A stretch of 64,000 nucleotides of DNA, taken from contig JAWOEZ010000083.1 in the NCBI GenBank assembly GCA_046482435.1, positions 7,176 to 71,175 on the forward strand, in the 5' to 3' direction. The notes beneath the pieces are model-generated. The model was not told the DNA's origin. It saw only the letters and a list, made by a program, of their open reading frames with translations, and did not search any database. Shown piece after piece: positions 47,169-57,219 of this stretch (its first letter is position 1; every line of letters starts with the position of its first letter). Source of the DNA: Halanaerobiales bacterium (GTDB taxonomy: Bacteria; Bacillota; Halanaerobiia; Halanaerobiales; M55B127). The translations under genes and the position numbers were made by a program.

Positions 47169-47439
47169 CCCCTTCCTTATCTTCTTTATTATAACAGTCT
47201 TAAGAATATAAGCAAGGGTAAATATATAATATTTAAAATTTCGTAAATCTCATAAACTTTCCTGGTTTGATTTGTTTATTGCTTTCAACAAAATATTTAA
47301 AAATAACCCTAAAACATTGATATTAATAATTAATTAACTAATAGATCGTATAATAATTATGAAGGTTAAATATTTTTATTAAAATAGCAAACCAGTGAAA
47401 GATTTGTATTTATAATAAATATTTGTGATTTAAAATATT

Positions 47440-47868
47440 TTAACCCCCTAATAATCCTAAAAAAATTATCAGCGCTACTGCAATGGAGATACTATACAAA
47501 CCATAGCCGACCACTAAACCTAATCCTGCAACACCCCAAAGGTTGGCTGCAGTAGTTAATCCTTCAATTTTATCTTCTTGTTTAATTATTGTACCAACAT
47601 CTAAAAAACCAATACCATTTATTGCTTGTGCTACCAGCCGATCTGGATCAGCAACATTTGTTATACCAAGATCACTCCCAGCCCCTCTTATTGATAAGAT
47701 CATAATAAGACATGATGTTGTAACTACAATCAAATTAGTCTAAACTCCAGCAGCTTTATTTCTCTTTCCCGGTCATAGCCTATTAAAACCATTTCTAATA
47801 GCCCTTTACAAATTATTTGCACAACAAATCCCTTTTACAATAAGATTTTTTCTATATATATTATTCAT
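47440..47868 (-). pseudogene. mgtC: MgtC/SapB family gene disrupted by frameshifts and an in-frame TAG
   Basis: The track ORF 47440..47733 encodes only the distal MgtC core. Upstream, LIGYDRERE is in one frame and NKAAGV*TNLIVV in another, with TAG at the position of the conserved R of AGxRT. A further frame break lies nearer the original ATG at 47868. Confidence 0.7.
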
Positions 47869-47966
47869 TATTATTAATCTTCCACCCCTCTTTTTTGTCT
47901 TTTGACATTCAATATTGTTTATATTATAATTTAGTTGATATATCAACTAATATTGAGGTGGATTAT

Positions 47967-48401
47967 ATGGATACTAGCCCTATCGGTAAATATTTAAGTA
48001 TTACACATAGAGCCCATACTTCACTGGTCGATAAAAATTTTAAAGAAAAATTTAATATAAGTCATGGTCAGGTCTTTATACTTATTAAAATATTTAAAAA
48101 TGAAGGAATAAACCAACACAAATTATGCAAAGAATACAATTTGAATAAAGCTGGTGTTGGAAGAATTATTAAAAAACTTGAAGCTAAAAATTTAGTTAAA
48201 AGAAAACCTGATCCGAAAGACAAACGAAAGAAAATGATATTTTTAACAGAAAAAGCGAAATCTTTAAAACCAGAATTTATTGAACTACTGGAAACAGTGG
48301 AGGCAAAAATAAAAAATAATTTAACAGAAGAAGAAATAGAAATGTTTTTAAAAATATTAAAAAAGATTTATAATAATTTATCTGATAACAAGTTTGATTA
48401 A
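47967..48401 (+). CDS. MarR family transcriptional regulator
   Basis: Winged-HTH region (QHKLCKEYNLNKAGVGRIIKKLEAKNLVKRKPDPKDKRK). ATG at 47967 follows GAGGTGG. Confidence 0.8.
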   Translation: MDTSPIGKYLSITHRAHTSLVDKNFKEKFNISHGQVFILIKIFKNEGINQHKLCKEYNLNKAGVGRIIKKLEAKNLVKRKPDPKDKRKKMIFLTEKAKSLKPEFIELLETVEAKIKNNLTEEEIEMFLKILKKIYNNLSDNKFD

Positions 48402-48414
48402 TTGGAGGGATAAG

Positions 48415-49800
48415 ATGGCATTAAAAACAAAATCAAGCCGAATGGGAGAAGAACCCATTGGAAAATTACTGTTCAAACTATCTGCTCCCGCAATAGTGGG
48501 AATGCTCATTCAGGCTTTATATAATATAGTGGACAGTATTTATGTAGGACGTCTGAGCACAGAAGCACTCTCTGCGTTATCAGTTTCTTTTCCTGTACAA
48601 ATGTTTTTAATTTCAATTGGAGTGGGGACAGGAGTAGGTACTAGTTCTTTAATTTCAAGATTACTAGGTAAAGGCAACAAACATCGTGCTAACAATGTCG
48701 CCGAACATGTATTTTTTATTGCTATCATATATGGAATAGTAGTTGGATTTATTGGAATGTTTTTCGCTTCAAATATAATCAATTTATTTACAAATGATCC
48801 CATATTAATAGATCTTGGACAAAGGTATATAAGAATCATATTAACTGGATCAATCGCAATTTTTATTCCGGCTACCTTTAATTACATTTTGCGGGGAGAA
48901 GGAAATACCTTTATTCCTATGTTGACAATGCTAATTGGAGCAGTTTTAAATATGATACTCGACCCATTTTTGATCTTTGGTATCGGATTTTTCCCTCAAT
49001 TGGGAGTAGCGGGAGCTGCTTATGCAACTGTATTCTCAAGAATAGTAGGTGGTATATTCATAATCTTTATTCTATTTAGTGATAAAAATGAACTCACGCT
49101 TAAACTTAAAAATTTTAAATATGATTTTCAAATCATAAAAGAAATTTACCAGGTCGGATTACCCGCAATGGTAAACCGCCTCCTTTTTAGTACCGCCATG
49201 GTTTTTATAAATCTAATATTAGGAGCTTTTAACTCAACAGCCATTGCAGTAATGGGAATAATATTTAGAATGCAATCATTTTTCTTAATGATGGTCTTTG
49301 GTTTAACACAAGGATATTTACCAATAGTAGGATATAATTACGGTCATAATAATCCTGAAAGAATGAAAAAAACAATCTTTTTGGGTAATTTAACTGTTCT
49401 CTCTTTTGGTATAATTGGTTTTGCTGTTTTTCAGTTATTTCCAGAAGCTATATTAAGACTTTTTAACAGTGATCCCAAGCTATTAAGAATTGGAGTCCCT
49501 GCTTTAAGGAGAGTTAGTGTTTCTTACTTCTTCTTAGTCTTGAATATTATAGGGATAGCCACTTTCCAGGCTATAGGTAGAGGATTACCAAGTTTTATAA
49601 TTTCAGTCTTACGGCAGGCTATATTTTTAGTTCCAGGAATGTATATTTTAGGCCAAATATTTGGTTTAAGAGCAACATGGTTATCATTTCCAATAGCTGA
49701 ATCGATTAGTTTTGTTATTATGCTGACCTGGTTAATATCTACACTCAGAGGGGCAATGTATAACATGCGGGAGCGTACTCCAGAACAAACTACAGTGTAG
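48415..49800 (+). CDS. MATE family efflux transporter
   Basis: 12-TM protein with MATE-like sequence. ATG at 48415 follows GGAGGG. Confidence 0.85.
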   Translation: MALKTKSSRMGEEPIGKLLFKLSAPAIVGMLIQALYNIVDSIYVGRLSTEALSALSVSFPVQMFLISIGVGTGVGTSSLISRLLGKGNKHRANNVAEHVFFIAIIYGIVVGFIGMFFASNIINLFTNDPILIDLGQRYIRIILTGSIAIFIPATFNYILRGEGNTFIPMLTMLIGAVLNMILDPFLIFGIGFFPQLGVAGAAYATVFSRIVGGIFIIFILFSDKNELTLKLKNFKYDFQIIKEIYQVGLPAMVNRLLFSTAMVFINLILGAFNSTAIAVMGIIFRMQSFFLMMVFGLTQGYLPIVGYNYGHNNPERMKKTIFLGNLTVLSFGIIGFAVFQLFPEAILRLFNSDPKLLRIGVPALRRVSVSYFFLVLNIIGIATFQAIGRGLPSFIISVLRQAIFLVPGMYILGQIFGLRATWLSFPIAESISFVIMLTWLISTLRGAMYNMRERTPEQTTV

Positions 49801-49824
49801 AAAACCCTATAGAGCAATATAAAA

Positions 49825-49857
49825 ATTCCCCCCTTAATTATTAGGGAGGGAATTTTT
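49825..49857. terminator. bidirectional terminator between the MATE and DJ-1 genes
   Basis: Imperfect hairpin TTCCCCCCTTAA / TTAGGGAGGGAA flanked by an A-run and a T-run. Confidence 0.6.
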
Positions 49858-49886
49858 AATTTATATGAAATTATTCTTTAGCTTTC

Positions 49887-50435
49887 TTAACTATCGGCTA
49901 TCATATCTTCTTTTAATTTATTTGCAACACTTTCCGAATTTAAATATTCAACTACCTCTAATGCAAATCCTAAAGCAACCCCAGGACCTCGAGCAGTAAT
50001 AATATTACCATCCTTCACAACTCTCTCTTCTAAATATTCACAGGAGGGCATCTCTTCAGAAAAACCGGGGTAACTAGTAGCTTTTTTCCCTTCTAATATT
50101 CCTGCGGCTTCTAATACTATAGGAGCAGCACAGATAGCACCAACCAAACCATCTTTATCCTCAATTTTTCTTACAAAATCAAGAATCTTTTTACTATCTC
50201 TTAAATTAACTGCACCGGGCATCCCCCCTGGTAAAACAATAGCATCAAACTCATCAATATTAATCTGGTCTATCCTCTGGTCAGCAATTACAGGAATCCC
50301 ATGGTCACCTTTTACATCAAGCGAATTCAAGCTAATGGTAGTAACTTCTATGCCAGCCCTTCTCAATACATCAATATTTGTAATAGCTTCAATTTCTTCA
50401 AACCCCTGTGCTAAAGGTATTAGTACTTTACTCAT
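49887..50435 (-). CDS. DJ-1/PfpI family protein
   Basis: Nucleophile-elbow AICAAP motif; 182 aa. Confidence 0.85.
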   Translation of the reverse strand: MSKVLIPLAQGFEEIEAITNIDVLRRAGIEVTTISLNSLDVKGDHGIPVIADQRIDQINIDEFDAIVLPGGMPGAVNLRDSKKILDFVRKIEDKDGLVGAICAAPIVLEAAGILEGKKATSYPGFSEEMPSCEYLEERVVKDGNIITARGPGVALGFALEVVEYLNSESVANKLKEDMIADS

Positions 50436-50447
50436 TCGATCCCTCCT

Positions 50448-51053
50448 TTAATAGTTTTCTATATAATTGGTGATCTCATCTTCTAATTTTATATTATCAT
50501 TAAAATGAATAGTTTTAAATCCTAATTCCGCTGCTACTTGGATATTCTCTAAACTATCATCTATAAATAATATGTTATTAACTGAAATATCAAAACTTTC
50601 TATCAATTTTTCATATATTTCTCGGTCTGGTTTTATAGCTTTTACCTGATAAGAAATTATCATCCCCTCAAAATGTTCAAAAAAATCATTCTTTTTATGA
50701 ACTTCTTCAAAGGCATCTTTATGAAAATTAGAGAGTAAATATATATCTAAAGGCATTTTGGCAAGTTTTTTCAACACTTTTATATTATATTTGATAGGTT
50801 TAAGATAGTATTTCCAGTTCTTCATGATTTTTTTTATTAACTTTTCATTTTTAGGTTGTCTTTTAATAAAAATTTCAGTAGCTTTTGAAGTAGAAATTTC
50901 ACCTTTATCAAGTAATAACCATTCCCGGCTTTCAAAAATGTTCTTAGAAATTTTTTGTTGAAGCTTCTCATCTTCTATATGGTCTGCAATAATTTTATCT
51001 GGATTAAAATCAAGAAGTACATTACCAAGATCAAAGACTACATTTTTAACCAT
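50448..51053 (-). CDS. HAD family hydrolase
   Basis: N-terminal VVFDLGNVLL motif I and a C-terminal FIDDS motif. Confidence 0.75.
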   Translation of the reverse strand: MVKNVVFDLGNVLLDFNPDKIIADHIEDEKLQQKISKNIFESREWLLLDKGEISTSKATEIFIKRQPKNEKLIKKIMKNWKYYLKPIKYNIKVLKKLAKMPLDIYLLSNFHKDAFEEVHKKNDFFEHFEGMIISYQVKAIKPDREIYEKLIESFDISVNNILFIDDSLENIQVAAELGFKTIHFNDNIKLEDEITNYIENY

Positions 51054-51105
51054 CTAAAATACTCCTTTTTTGATATATTTAACGATATTATTTATATAAC
51101 AATTA

Positions 51106-51339
51106 TTAGAAATTTTCATTTCTCTTATCTTTCATTCTTTCTATAATTAAACCAACTAATAATATGATTATACCTAGGATAATACCCAATACTCCTATTT
51201 TTATTAATAAATTTAAACTGTTATCTATTAATAAATCAACAAACAAATGATAAATACCGTTACCAATTAATAAGGAAGCGGCGATTATCAAAATAGTAAG
51301 ACCTATATTTTTGATATTCAATTTATATACCCCCTTCAT
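51106..51339 (-). CDS. small membrane protein (2 TM)
   Basis: 77 aa, two hydrophobic helices, 4-nt overlap with the upstream hydrolase gene. Confidence 0.5.
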   Translation of the reverse strand: MKGVYKLNIKNIGLTILIIAASLLIGNGIYHLFVDLLIDNSLNLLIKIGVLGIILGIIILLVGLIIERMKDKRNENF

Positions 51340-52079
51340 TCATTCTCCTTAATAAAATTGATGATCAAGTCATTAGTGATTTCCCACTGTTTTTCTCGAG
51401 TAATATTCCTTTTGCCATCACCTTGTTGAGGACCGTAATTTCCAAAGCCAGCATGATTACCTCCTTCTATCATATGAAATTTTGTTTCTTCAGGTAAATT
51501 ATTTTTAGCTTCAGTAAACTTTTCTCTATTCATAATCTGATCCTCAGTAGCTGATATAGATAGAACTTTTATATTTTTATTGCTAAAATCAATATCCTCA
51601 GGTGGATAGGAAGCCAAAAAGATAATTCCTGTATAATAATCAACATCTTTTTCAGCAAGATAGCTAGCAGCCATTGCTCCTCCCAAAGAATGCCCAATTA
51701 TATACCAATTATCAACTTTCGTATTATTTTCTTTTATAATTTGAGTTGCTCTGTTTTTATCGAAAACTGCTAAATTAAAAGGCATTTTAACTAAAAATAC
51801 GGGAAAATCAGCCTGATTTAAACTTTTACATAATGGAGCATATGACTCTTCCTCCACTTTAGCCCCCTGATAGAATATTAAACCAGTTTTATTATTTGCT
51901 TCAGATTTAAAATGATAATATTGGTCATCTTCATATATATTTTCTTTTGCTAGATATTCATGATTCCCTTCTAGAGGAGAATAACTTTGATTTAAGTATA
52001 TCAATGATCCAAAAACTATTAATAAAATAATCCCTATAATAATTATAATAATTTTTCTTTTTTTAAACATCATAATCAA
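51336..52079 (-). CDS. alpha/beta hydrolase with N-terminal anchor
   Basis: GHSLGG nucleophile elbow and an N-terminal TM helix. Confidence 0.75.
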   Translation of the reverse strand: MIMMFKKRKIIIIIIGIILLIVFGSLIYLNQSYSPLEGNHEYLAKENIYEDDQYYHFKSEANNKTGLIFYQGAKVEEESYAPLCKSLNQADFPVFLVKMPFNLAVFDKNRATQIIKENNTKVDNWYIIGHSLGGAMAASYLAEKDVDYYTGIIFLASYPPEDIDFSNKNIKVLSISATEDQIMNREKFTEAKNNLPEETKFHMIEGGNHAGFGNYGPQQGDGKRNITREKQWEITNDLIINFIKENE

Positions 52080-52140
52080 TTCCTTAATAAGAATTTTCTT
52101 AATTTAACATTTCTATGTAATTGGAAATATCCCTTTATTT

Positions 52141-52170
52141 AAAAAAATTAAACCCCGCTTTAATACGGGG
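52141..52170 (-). terminator. clpB terminator
   Basis: Minus strand reads CCCCG, loop, CGGGG, followed by TTTAATTTTTTT. Confidence 0.75.
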
Positions 52171-52181
52171 CAAATGATGAA

Positions 52182-54767
52182 TTATTGAGCTTTAAATTTA
52201 AACTGATCATCTTCTTTATTATAGTCTATCAATACCTTCGATCCTTCTCTTATTTTATTTTCCAACATTTTCATAGCTAATGGGTCTTTTAAATATTTTT
52301 GAATTGTTCTATTGATCGGCCTTGCTCCATATGTTGGATCATATCCTAACTCCATGATTTCTTCTTTAGCTTCTTTAGTTACTTCTATATCTAGATTGCG
52401 TTCAGATAACTTGTCTCTTAAGTCGCCAAGTTTAATTTCGACTATATCCAGTAAGTTCTCTTTACTTAAGGCATGGAATATTATTTTTTCATCTACTCTA
52501 TTCAGAAATTCTGGTCTGAAGTTACCTTTTAATGCTTCTGTTACTCTTCTCCTCATTTCTTCTTCATCATCAAGATCTTGGATATAATCAGATCCTATAT
52601 TTGAAGTCATTATAATAACTGTATTTTTGAAGTTAACTTCATTACCTTGACTATCTGTTAATATTCCGTCATCTAGGATCTGTAGTAATATGTTGAAAAC
52701 ATCTTGATGTGCTTTTTCTATTTCATCAAGTAAAATTACTGAATAAGGCTGTCGTCTTATTCTTTCTGTTAATTGCCCTCCCTCTTCAAAGCCTACATAG
52801 CCTGGAGGTGAACCAATTAACTTAGCAACTGCATGTCGTTCCATATATTCAGACATATCAAGCCTTACTAAATTCTTTTCATCATCGAATAAGTAAGCAG
52901 CTAATGTTTTAGCCAGTTCGGTTTTGCCTACACCGGTTGGACCCATGAATATAAAGGAACCTAAAGGGCGGTCAAGATCTTGCAAGCCTGTCCTAGATCT
53001 TCTTATTGCATTACTTACCGCTGTTATTGCCTCATCCTGTCCTACAACTCTTTTAGAAAGTTCTTCTTCGAGATGAACAAGCTTTTCTCTTTCATCTTCC
53101 ATTAATTCCTGAACAGGTATCTCGGTCCAGGAAGAAACTATCTCAGCAATATCCTCAGCTGTAACTTCTTCTTTTAGGACATTAAAATCTTTTTCAAGAT
53201 TTTCTATCTTTTCTTTGGTTGCTTCCAATTTTTTCTGGAGATCATTTAATTCTCCATATCTAAGTCTGGCAGCTTCTTCATAATTAGCTTCTCTTTCTGC
53301 ATTTTCTGCTTTAACTTTGATTTTTTCAATCTCTTCATTTAGGCTCTGCCTTTTTTGAATTAACTCTTTTTCCCTATCCCAACGGGCCAAGAGAGGGTCT
53401 CTTTTTTCTTTCAAATCATTAATCTTCTCCTCTAGTTCTTCCAATCTCTCTTGGGATTCTTCATCTTCTTCTTTTTTTAGAGCCTCCTTTTCAGTTTCAA
53501 GTCTTCTGATTCTTCTATTTAGTTCATCAATTTCAAGTGGCATAGAATCTATATCTATTCGAAGCTTAGAAGCAGCCTCATCTACTAAATCTATAGCTTT
53601 ATCTGGTAAAAACCTTTCGGTTAAATATCTCTCAGATAATTCAGCAGCAGCTACTAATGCATTATCTTGAATCCTTACTCCATGGTGTATTTCATATTTT
53701 TCTTTTAGCCCCCTCAGAATTGAAACTGTATCCTCAACAGTAGGCTCGGATATTTTTACAGGTTGAAATCTTCTTTCTAAAGCAGCATCCTTTTCTATGT
53801 GCTTTTTATATTCATTTAAAGTTGTAGCTCCTACACAATGCAGTTCACCTCGAGCAAGTGCTGGTTTCAATAAGTTAGATGCATCCATTGAACCCTCTGA
53901 TGCACCAGCCCCTACTATAGTATGCATTTCATCTATAAACAGTATAATCTGACCTTGAGCTTTTTTAATTTCTTTTAATACTGATTTTAATCTGTCTTCA
54001 AATTCTCCTCTATATTTTGTCCCGGCAATCAGAGAACCCATATCAAGTTTTATCACTTTTTTATCTTTTAAAGCTTCTGGTACATCTCCATTCACAATCC
54101 TTTGAGCTAAGCCTTCTACTATAGCAGTTTTACCAACCCCCGGTTCACCGATTAAAACGGGGTTATTCTTTCTCCTTCTTGAGAGTACTTGCATGATCCT
54201 GCGGATTCTTTCATCTCGGCCAATTACCGGGTCTAACTCTCCTTCTCTTGCAAGTTCAGTTACATCTATGGTGTACTTCTCAAGAACTTGATACTGTTCT
54301 TCAGCATTCTGGGAAGTTACTTTCGCTCCCTCTCGAATATCTTCAATAGCCTTTTTAGCTTTTTTTAAATCAATATTTTTGGAATTAAAATATTGATAGG
54401 TCCTACTTTTACCAGCTGATAGAAGTCCTAATAAAAAGTGCTCGGTTGAAATATAATCATCATCCATATTTTTTGCTTCTTTACGGGCGGTTCTAAGTAC
54501 ATTGTTTAATTCCTGGGACATATAGAGCTGTCCACCCTCAGAATATACTTTAGGTAGACTTTCAATAATGTTCCTCAACTCTTTTTCAAATACCGACAAA
54601 TTGATGCCGAGTTTTTCTAAAAGTGGTAACATTATTCCCTGATCATCTTCAATTAATGATAAAAACAGGTGAGCGGGATAAATTTCCTGATTACCATTAT
54701 CTTCTGCAATATGCTGTGCTTCAGCTAAACTTTCCTGTGCCTTACGAGTAAAATCTTCCATTCTCAT
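52182..54767 (-). CDS. clpB: ATP-dependent chaperone ClpB
   Basis: Two AAA+ modules (GEPGVGKT and GPTGVGKT), a long coiled-coil M-domain and a Clp N-domain. Confidence 0.95.
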   Translation of the reverse strand: MRMEDFTRKAQESLAEAQHIAEDNGNQEIYPAHLFLSLIEDDQGIMLPLLEKLGINLSVFEKELRNIIESLPKVYSEGGQLYMSQELNNVLRTARKEAKNMDDDYISTEHFLLGLLSAGKSRTYQYFNSKNIDLKKAKKAIEDIREGAKVTSQNAEEQYQVLEKYTIDVTELAREGELDPVIGRDERIRRIMQVLSRRRKNNPVLIGEPGVGKTAIVEGLAQRIVNGDVPEALKDKKVIKLDMGSLIAGTKYRGEFEDRLKSVLKEIKKAQGQIILFIDEMHTIVGAGASEGSMDASNLLKPALARGELHCVGATTLNEYKKHIEKDAALERRFQPVKISEPTVEDTVSILRGLKEKYEIHHGVRIQDNALVAAAELSERYLTERFLPDKAIDLVDEAASKLRIDIDSMPLEIDELNRRIRRLETEKEALKKEEDEESQERLEELEEKINDLKEKRDPLLARWDREKELIQKRQSLNEEIEKIKVKAENAEREANYEEAARLRYGELNDLQKKLEATKEKIENLEKDFNVLKEEVTAEDIAEIVSSWTEIPVQELMEDEREKLVHLEEELSKRVVGQDEAITAVSNAIRRSRTGLQDLDRPLGSFIFMGPTGVGKTELAKTLAAYLFDDEKNLVRLDMSEYMERHAVAKLIGSPPGYVGFEEGGQLTERIRRQPYSVILLDEIEKAHQDVFNILLQILDDGILTDSQGNEVNFKNTVIIMTSNIGSDYIQDLDDEEEMRRRVTEALKGNFRPEFLNRVDEKIIFHALSKENLLDIVEIKLGDLRDKLSERNLDIEVTKEAKEEIMELGYDPTYGARPINRTIQKYLKDPLAMKMLENKIREGSKVLIDYNKEDDQFKFKAQ

Positions 54768-54907
54768 CTAGAGATCCCTCCAATCAATATTACTTTATTT
54801 ATTTCTTTTAATATTATACAACATTTCGGGACTAAAGTCAAAGAAGGTCAAACTTTTTATAAAAAAATTACGCTCAAGAAAACCTGGGCGTAATTATAAG
54901 AAGGGGT

Positions 54908-55228
54908 TTAATTTAAAGCAGGAGTTTTAACATTTATAATATTAAAACTTTCTCCCCTATCAGCCATCACCTTCATGGGGGTGTTCGGAGGGCAAGTTAT
55001 AAAATCTTTTTCATTTAACTCATGCTTTTTCTTTCCTATCATAATAGTACCTTTGCCTTCAATTACATGAAAAAATACATTGACAGGGACCTGATGTTCA
55101 GGCACTGCGTCACCTTCTTCTAAAATAAGATTTTTAACCTGAACATTCTCATTTTTTAATACATTTTTGGTCATAATACCTCTCATATTTTCTTCTGCTG
55201 TTAGTTGATCTAAATTAATTACACTCAT
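54908..55228 (-). CDS. cupin domain protein
   Basis: ATG at 55228 lies 8 nt after GGGAGG. 106 aa with a cupin beta-barrel (HQVPVNVFFHVIEGKG). The track ORF runs on upstream, in frame, into the DUF438 remnant. Confidence 0.65.
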   Translation of the reverse strand: MSVINLDQLTAEENMRGIMTKNVLKNENVQVKNLILEEGDAVPEHQVPVNVFFHVIEGKGTIMIGKKKHELNEKDFITCPPNTPMKVMADRGESFNIINVKTPALN

Positions 55229-55771
55229 TATTTTTCCTCCCTTTCCTCTAAACGTTGTAAAAGAACAATATCCTATTTGATCACTTAACTTTTGAAAAGT
55301 TTCCCATTTTTCTTCATCTACTACATCTTTAGCAGTTGGATATAATATATTATTTTCTTTATAGATCTGGTCTCTTAAGGTAAGAATTAGATGTTCAGAT
55401 AGTTCTTTGATTTGCCTTTTGAATTCAGCAAAATCTATTTCACTTACCTTATTAGCTAATTCAGATATTTCTTCTTTGTAGGGCCATAAATCATCATGTT
55501 CTCTAATTAAAACAGCTAAAGGATGCGAATACTCTAAATCCCTTTGAAGTTCATCTAATTCATCTGCCATAACTTCTAAGTGAGCAGCACAGAGGTGCCT
55601 TAATTTGGTTTCTTCCAGTCCTTGATCTATTAGTTCCTGTTCTGCCTCTGAAAGATCTTTAGCAGATATTTCATCGATTAGTTCCCGCGCTTCTTCCTTA
55701 ACACCCTCTATATCTTCATCATTATTTTATCTCTCTAGGATTTCTTTTAAACTTTCTTTTTTATCACTCCT
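55229..55771 (-). pseudogene. DUF438/hemerythrin-like gene with an in-frame TAA near the N-terminus and a missing C-terminal part
   Basis: The frame reads RSDKKESLKEILER*NNDEDIEGVKEEARELIDEISAKDLSEAEQELIDQG...LCAAH...ENNILYP, with TAA at 55729-55727. It has no stop of its own and runs in frame into the cupin gene leader. Confidence 0.55.
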
Positions 55772-55873
55772 AATATTTCCTCCTAATATATATTAAGTCT
55801 ATTAAACTTATCAACTTTAAATACATTATATAGAGAGCTTAACATAATTTCTGTGATATATATCATATAGATA

Positions 55874-55915
55874 CAAAAAACCCTGAAAAGATTTTATATA
55901 AATCTCTCCAGGGTC
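55874..55915 (-). terminator. lysA terminator
   Basis: Minus strand reads ACCCTGGAGAGATTT, loop, AAATCTTTTCAGGGT, followed by TTTTTTG. Confidence 0.8.
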
Positions 55916-55933
55916 CATTCTCTTTACTCTATT

Positions 55934-57193
55934 TTACTCAAAATCTTTTAATTTATCAAAATCCAGGGTTCTAAAATAATCTTCGACAGTTTCAGGTCTT
56001 CTGATTTCAACAACTTGACCGTTTTCTCTTAAAAGAAGTTCCCCACCTCTTAATTTACCATTATAATTAAAGCCCATTGCATGTCCGTGGGCTCCGGTGT
56101 CGTGGATGACTAATGTATCCCCAATATCAATCTTCGGTAAGTCCCTGTCTACTGCAAATCTATCAATAGACTCACAAAGGGAACCTGTTACATCATAAGT
56201 TTCAGTCTTTGGCTTATCTTCTTTTCCTAAAACTGTAATATGATGATAGGCATCATACATTCCCGGCCTCATTAAATCATTCATATTGCCATCTAACCCT
56301 ACATGTTTTTTATATATATCCTTTTTATGAATCACCTCTGAAACTAAATAGCCATAAGGCCCAGTAATCATTCTACCACATTCCATATAAATAGCCATCG
56401 GATCGAGATTGTTTTCTTTAATGATTTCATTATATTTGTTTTTGATTCCATCACCTACTAATTCTAAATCTATTGCTTCTTCTTCCGGCCTATATGGAAC
56501 ACCAATTCCGCCTCCAATATTTAAAAATTCTAGACTAATATCTAATCTTTCTTTAACTTCAACAGCCAGATTAAACATCATTTCAGCGGTATCTATAAAA
56601 TACTGCGGGTCTAGTTGGTTAGAAGCAATAAAAGTATGCAGCCCGAAACGTTCCACTCCTCTATCACGGACTTCTTCTAAAGCTGTAAAAATTTGTTCTC
56701 TAGTCAGACCGTATTTAACTTCAGCCGGATTGCCCATGATAAAGCCGCCAGCTCTTTGATTACCTGGATTATATCTAAAAGAAATCAGATTTGGAATACC
56801 ACCATGCTCAGCCAAAAATGGGATATGGGAGATATCATCTAAATTAATTATTGCATCTAAATCTCTTGCCTTTTCATATTCTTCGGCCGGAGTATTATTT
56901 GAAGTAAACATTATTTCTTCCCCGGTGATCCCTACTTCTTCTGCTAAAATCAACTCGGTTAAAGAACTACAATCTGCTCCAAACCCTATATCTTTTAATA
57001 TTTTTAATATAAAAGGATTGGGGGTTGCTTTAACTGCAAAATATTCTTTAAACCCGTCGTTCCAATTAAAAGCCCTTAAAAATCTTTTGGCATTTTCCTT
57101 GATAGCTTTTTCATCATATAGATGAAAAGGAGTTGGATATTCACTTTTTATTTTTTCTAACTTTTCTTTACTAAAAGGAAGTCCTTTTTCCAT
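55934..57193 (-). CDS. lysA: diaminopimelate decarboxylase family (group IV PLP decarboxylase)
   Basis: PLP-lysine motif FAVKATPNP, GGGIGVPY and CESID. Substrate is assigned by family and by the adjacent aspartokinase only. Confidence 0.7.
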   Translation of the reverse strand: MEKGLPFSKEKLEKIKSEYPTPFHLYDEKAIKENAKRFLRAFNWNDGFKEYFAVKATPNPFILKILKDIGFGADCSSLTELILAEEVGITGEEIMFTSNNTPAEEYEKARDLDAIINLDDISHIPFLAEHGGIPNLISFRYNPGNQRAGGFIMGNPAEVKYGLTREQIFTALEEVRDRGVERFGLHTFIASNQLDPQYFIDTAEMMFNLAVEVKERLDISLEFLNIGGGIGVPYRPEEEAIDLELVGDGIKNKYNEIIKENNLDPMAIYMECGRMITGPYGYLVSEVIHKKDIYKKHVGLDGNMNDLMRPGMYDAYHHITVLGKEDKPKTETYDVTGSLCESIDRFAVDRDLPKIDIGDTLVIHDTGAHGHAMGFNYNGKLRGGELLLRENGQVVEIRRPETVEDYFRTLDFDKLKDFE

Positions 57194-57219
57194 TATTATA
57201 TTTACACCACCATATATTT

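Noticed and set aside
56409-56759. 116-aa plus-strand ORF
   Set aside because: Antisense to lysA. Shadow ORF.
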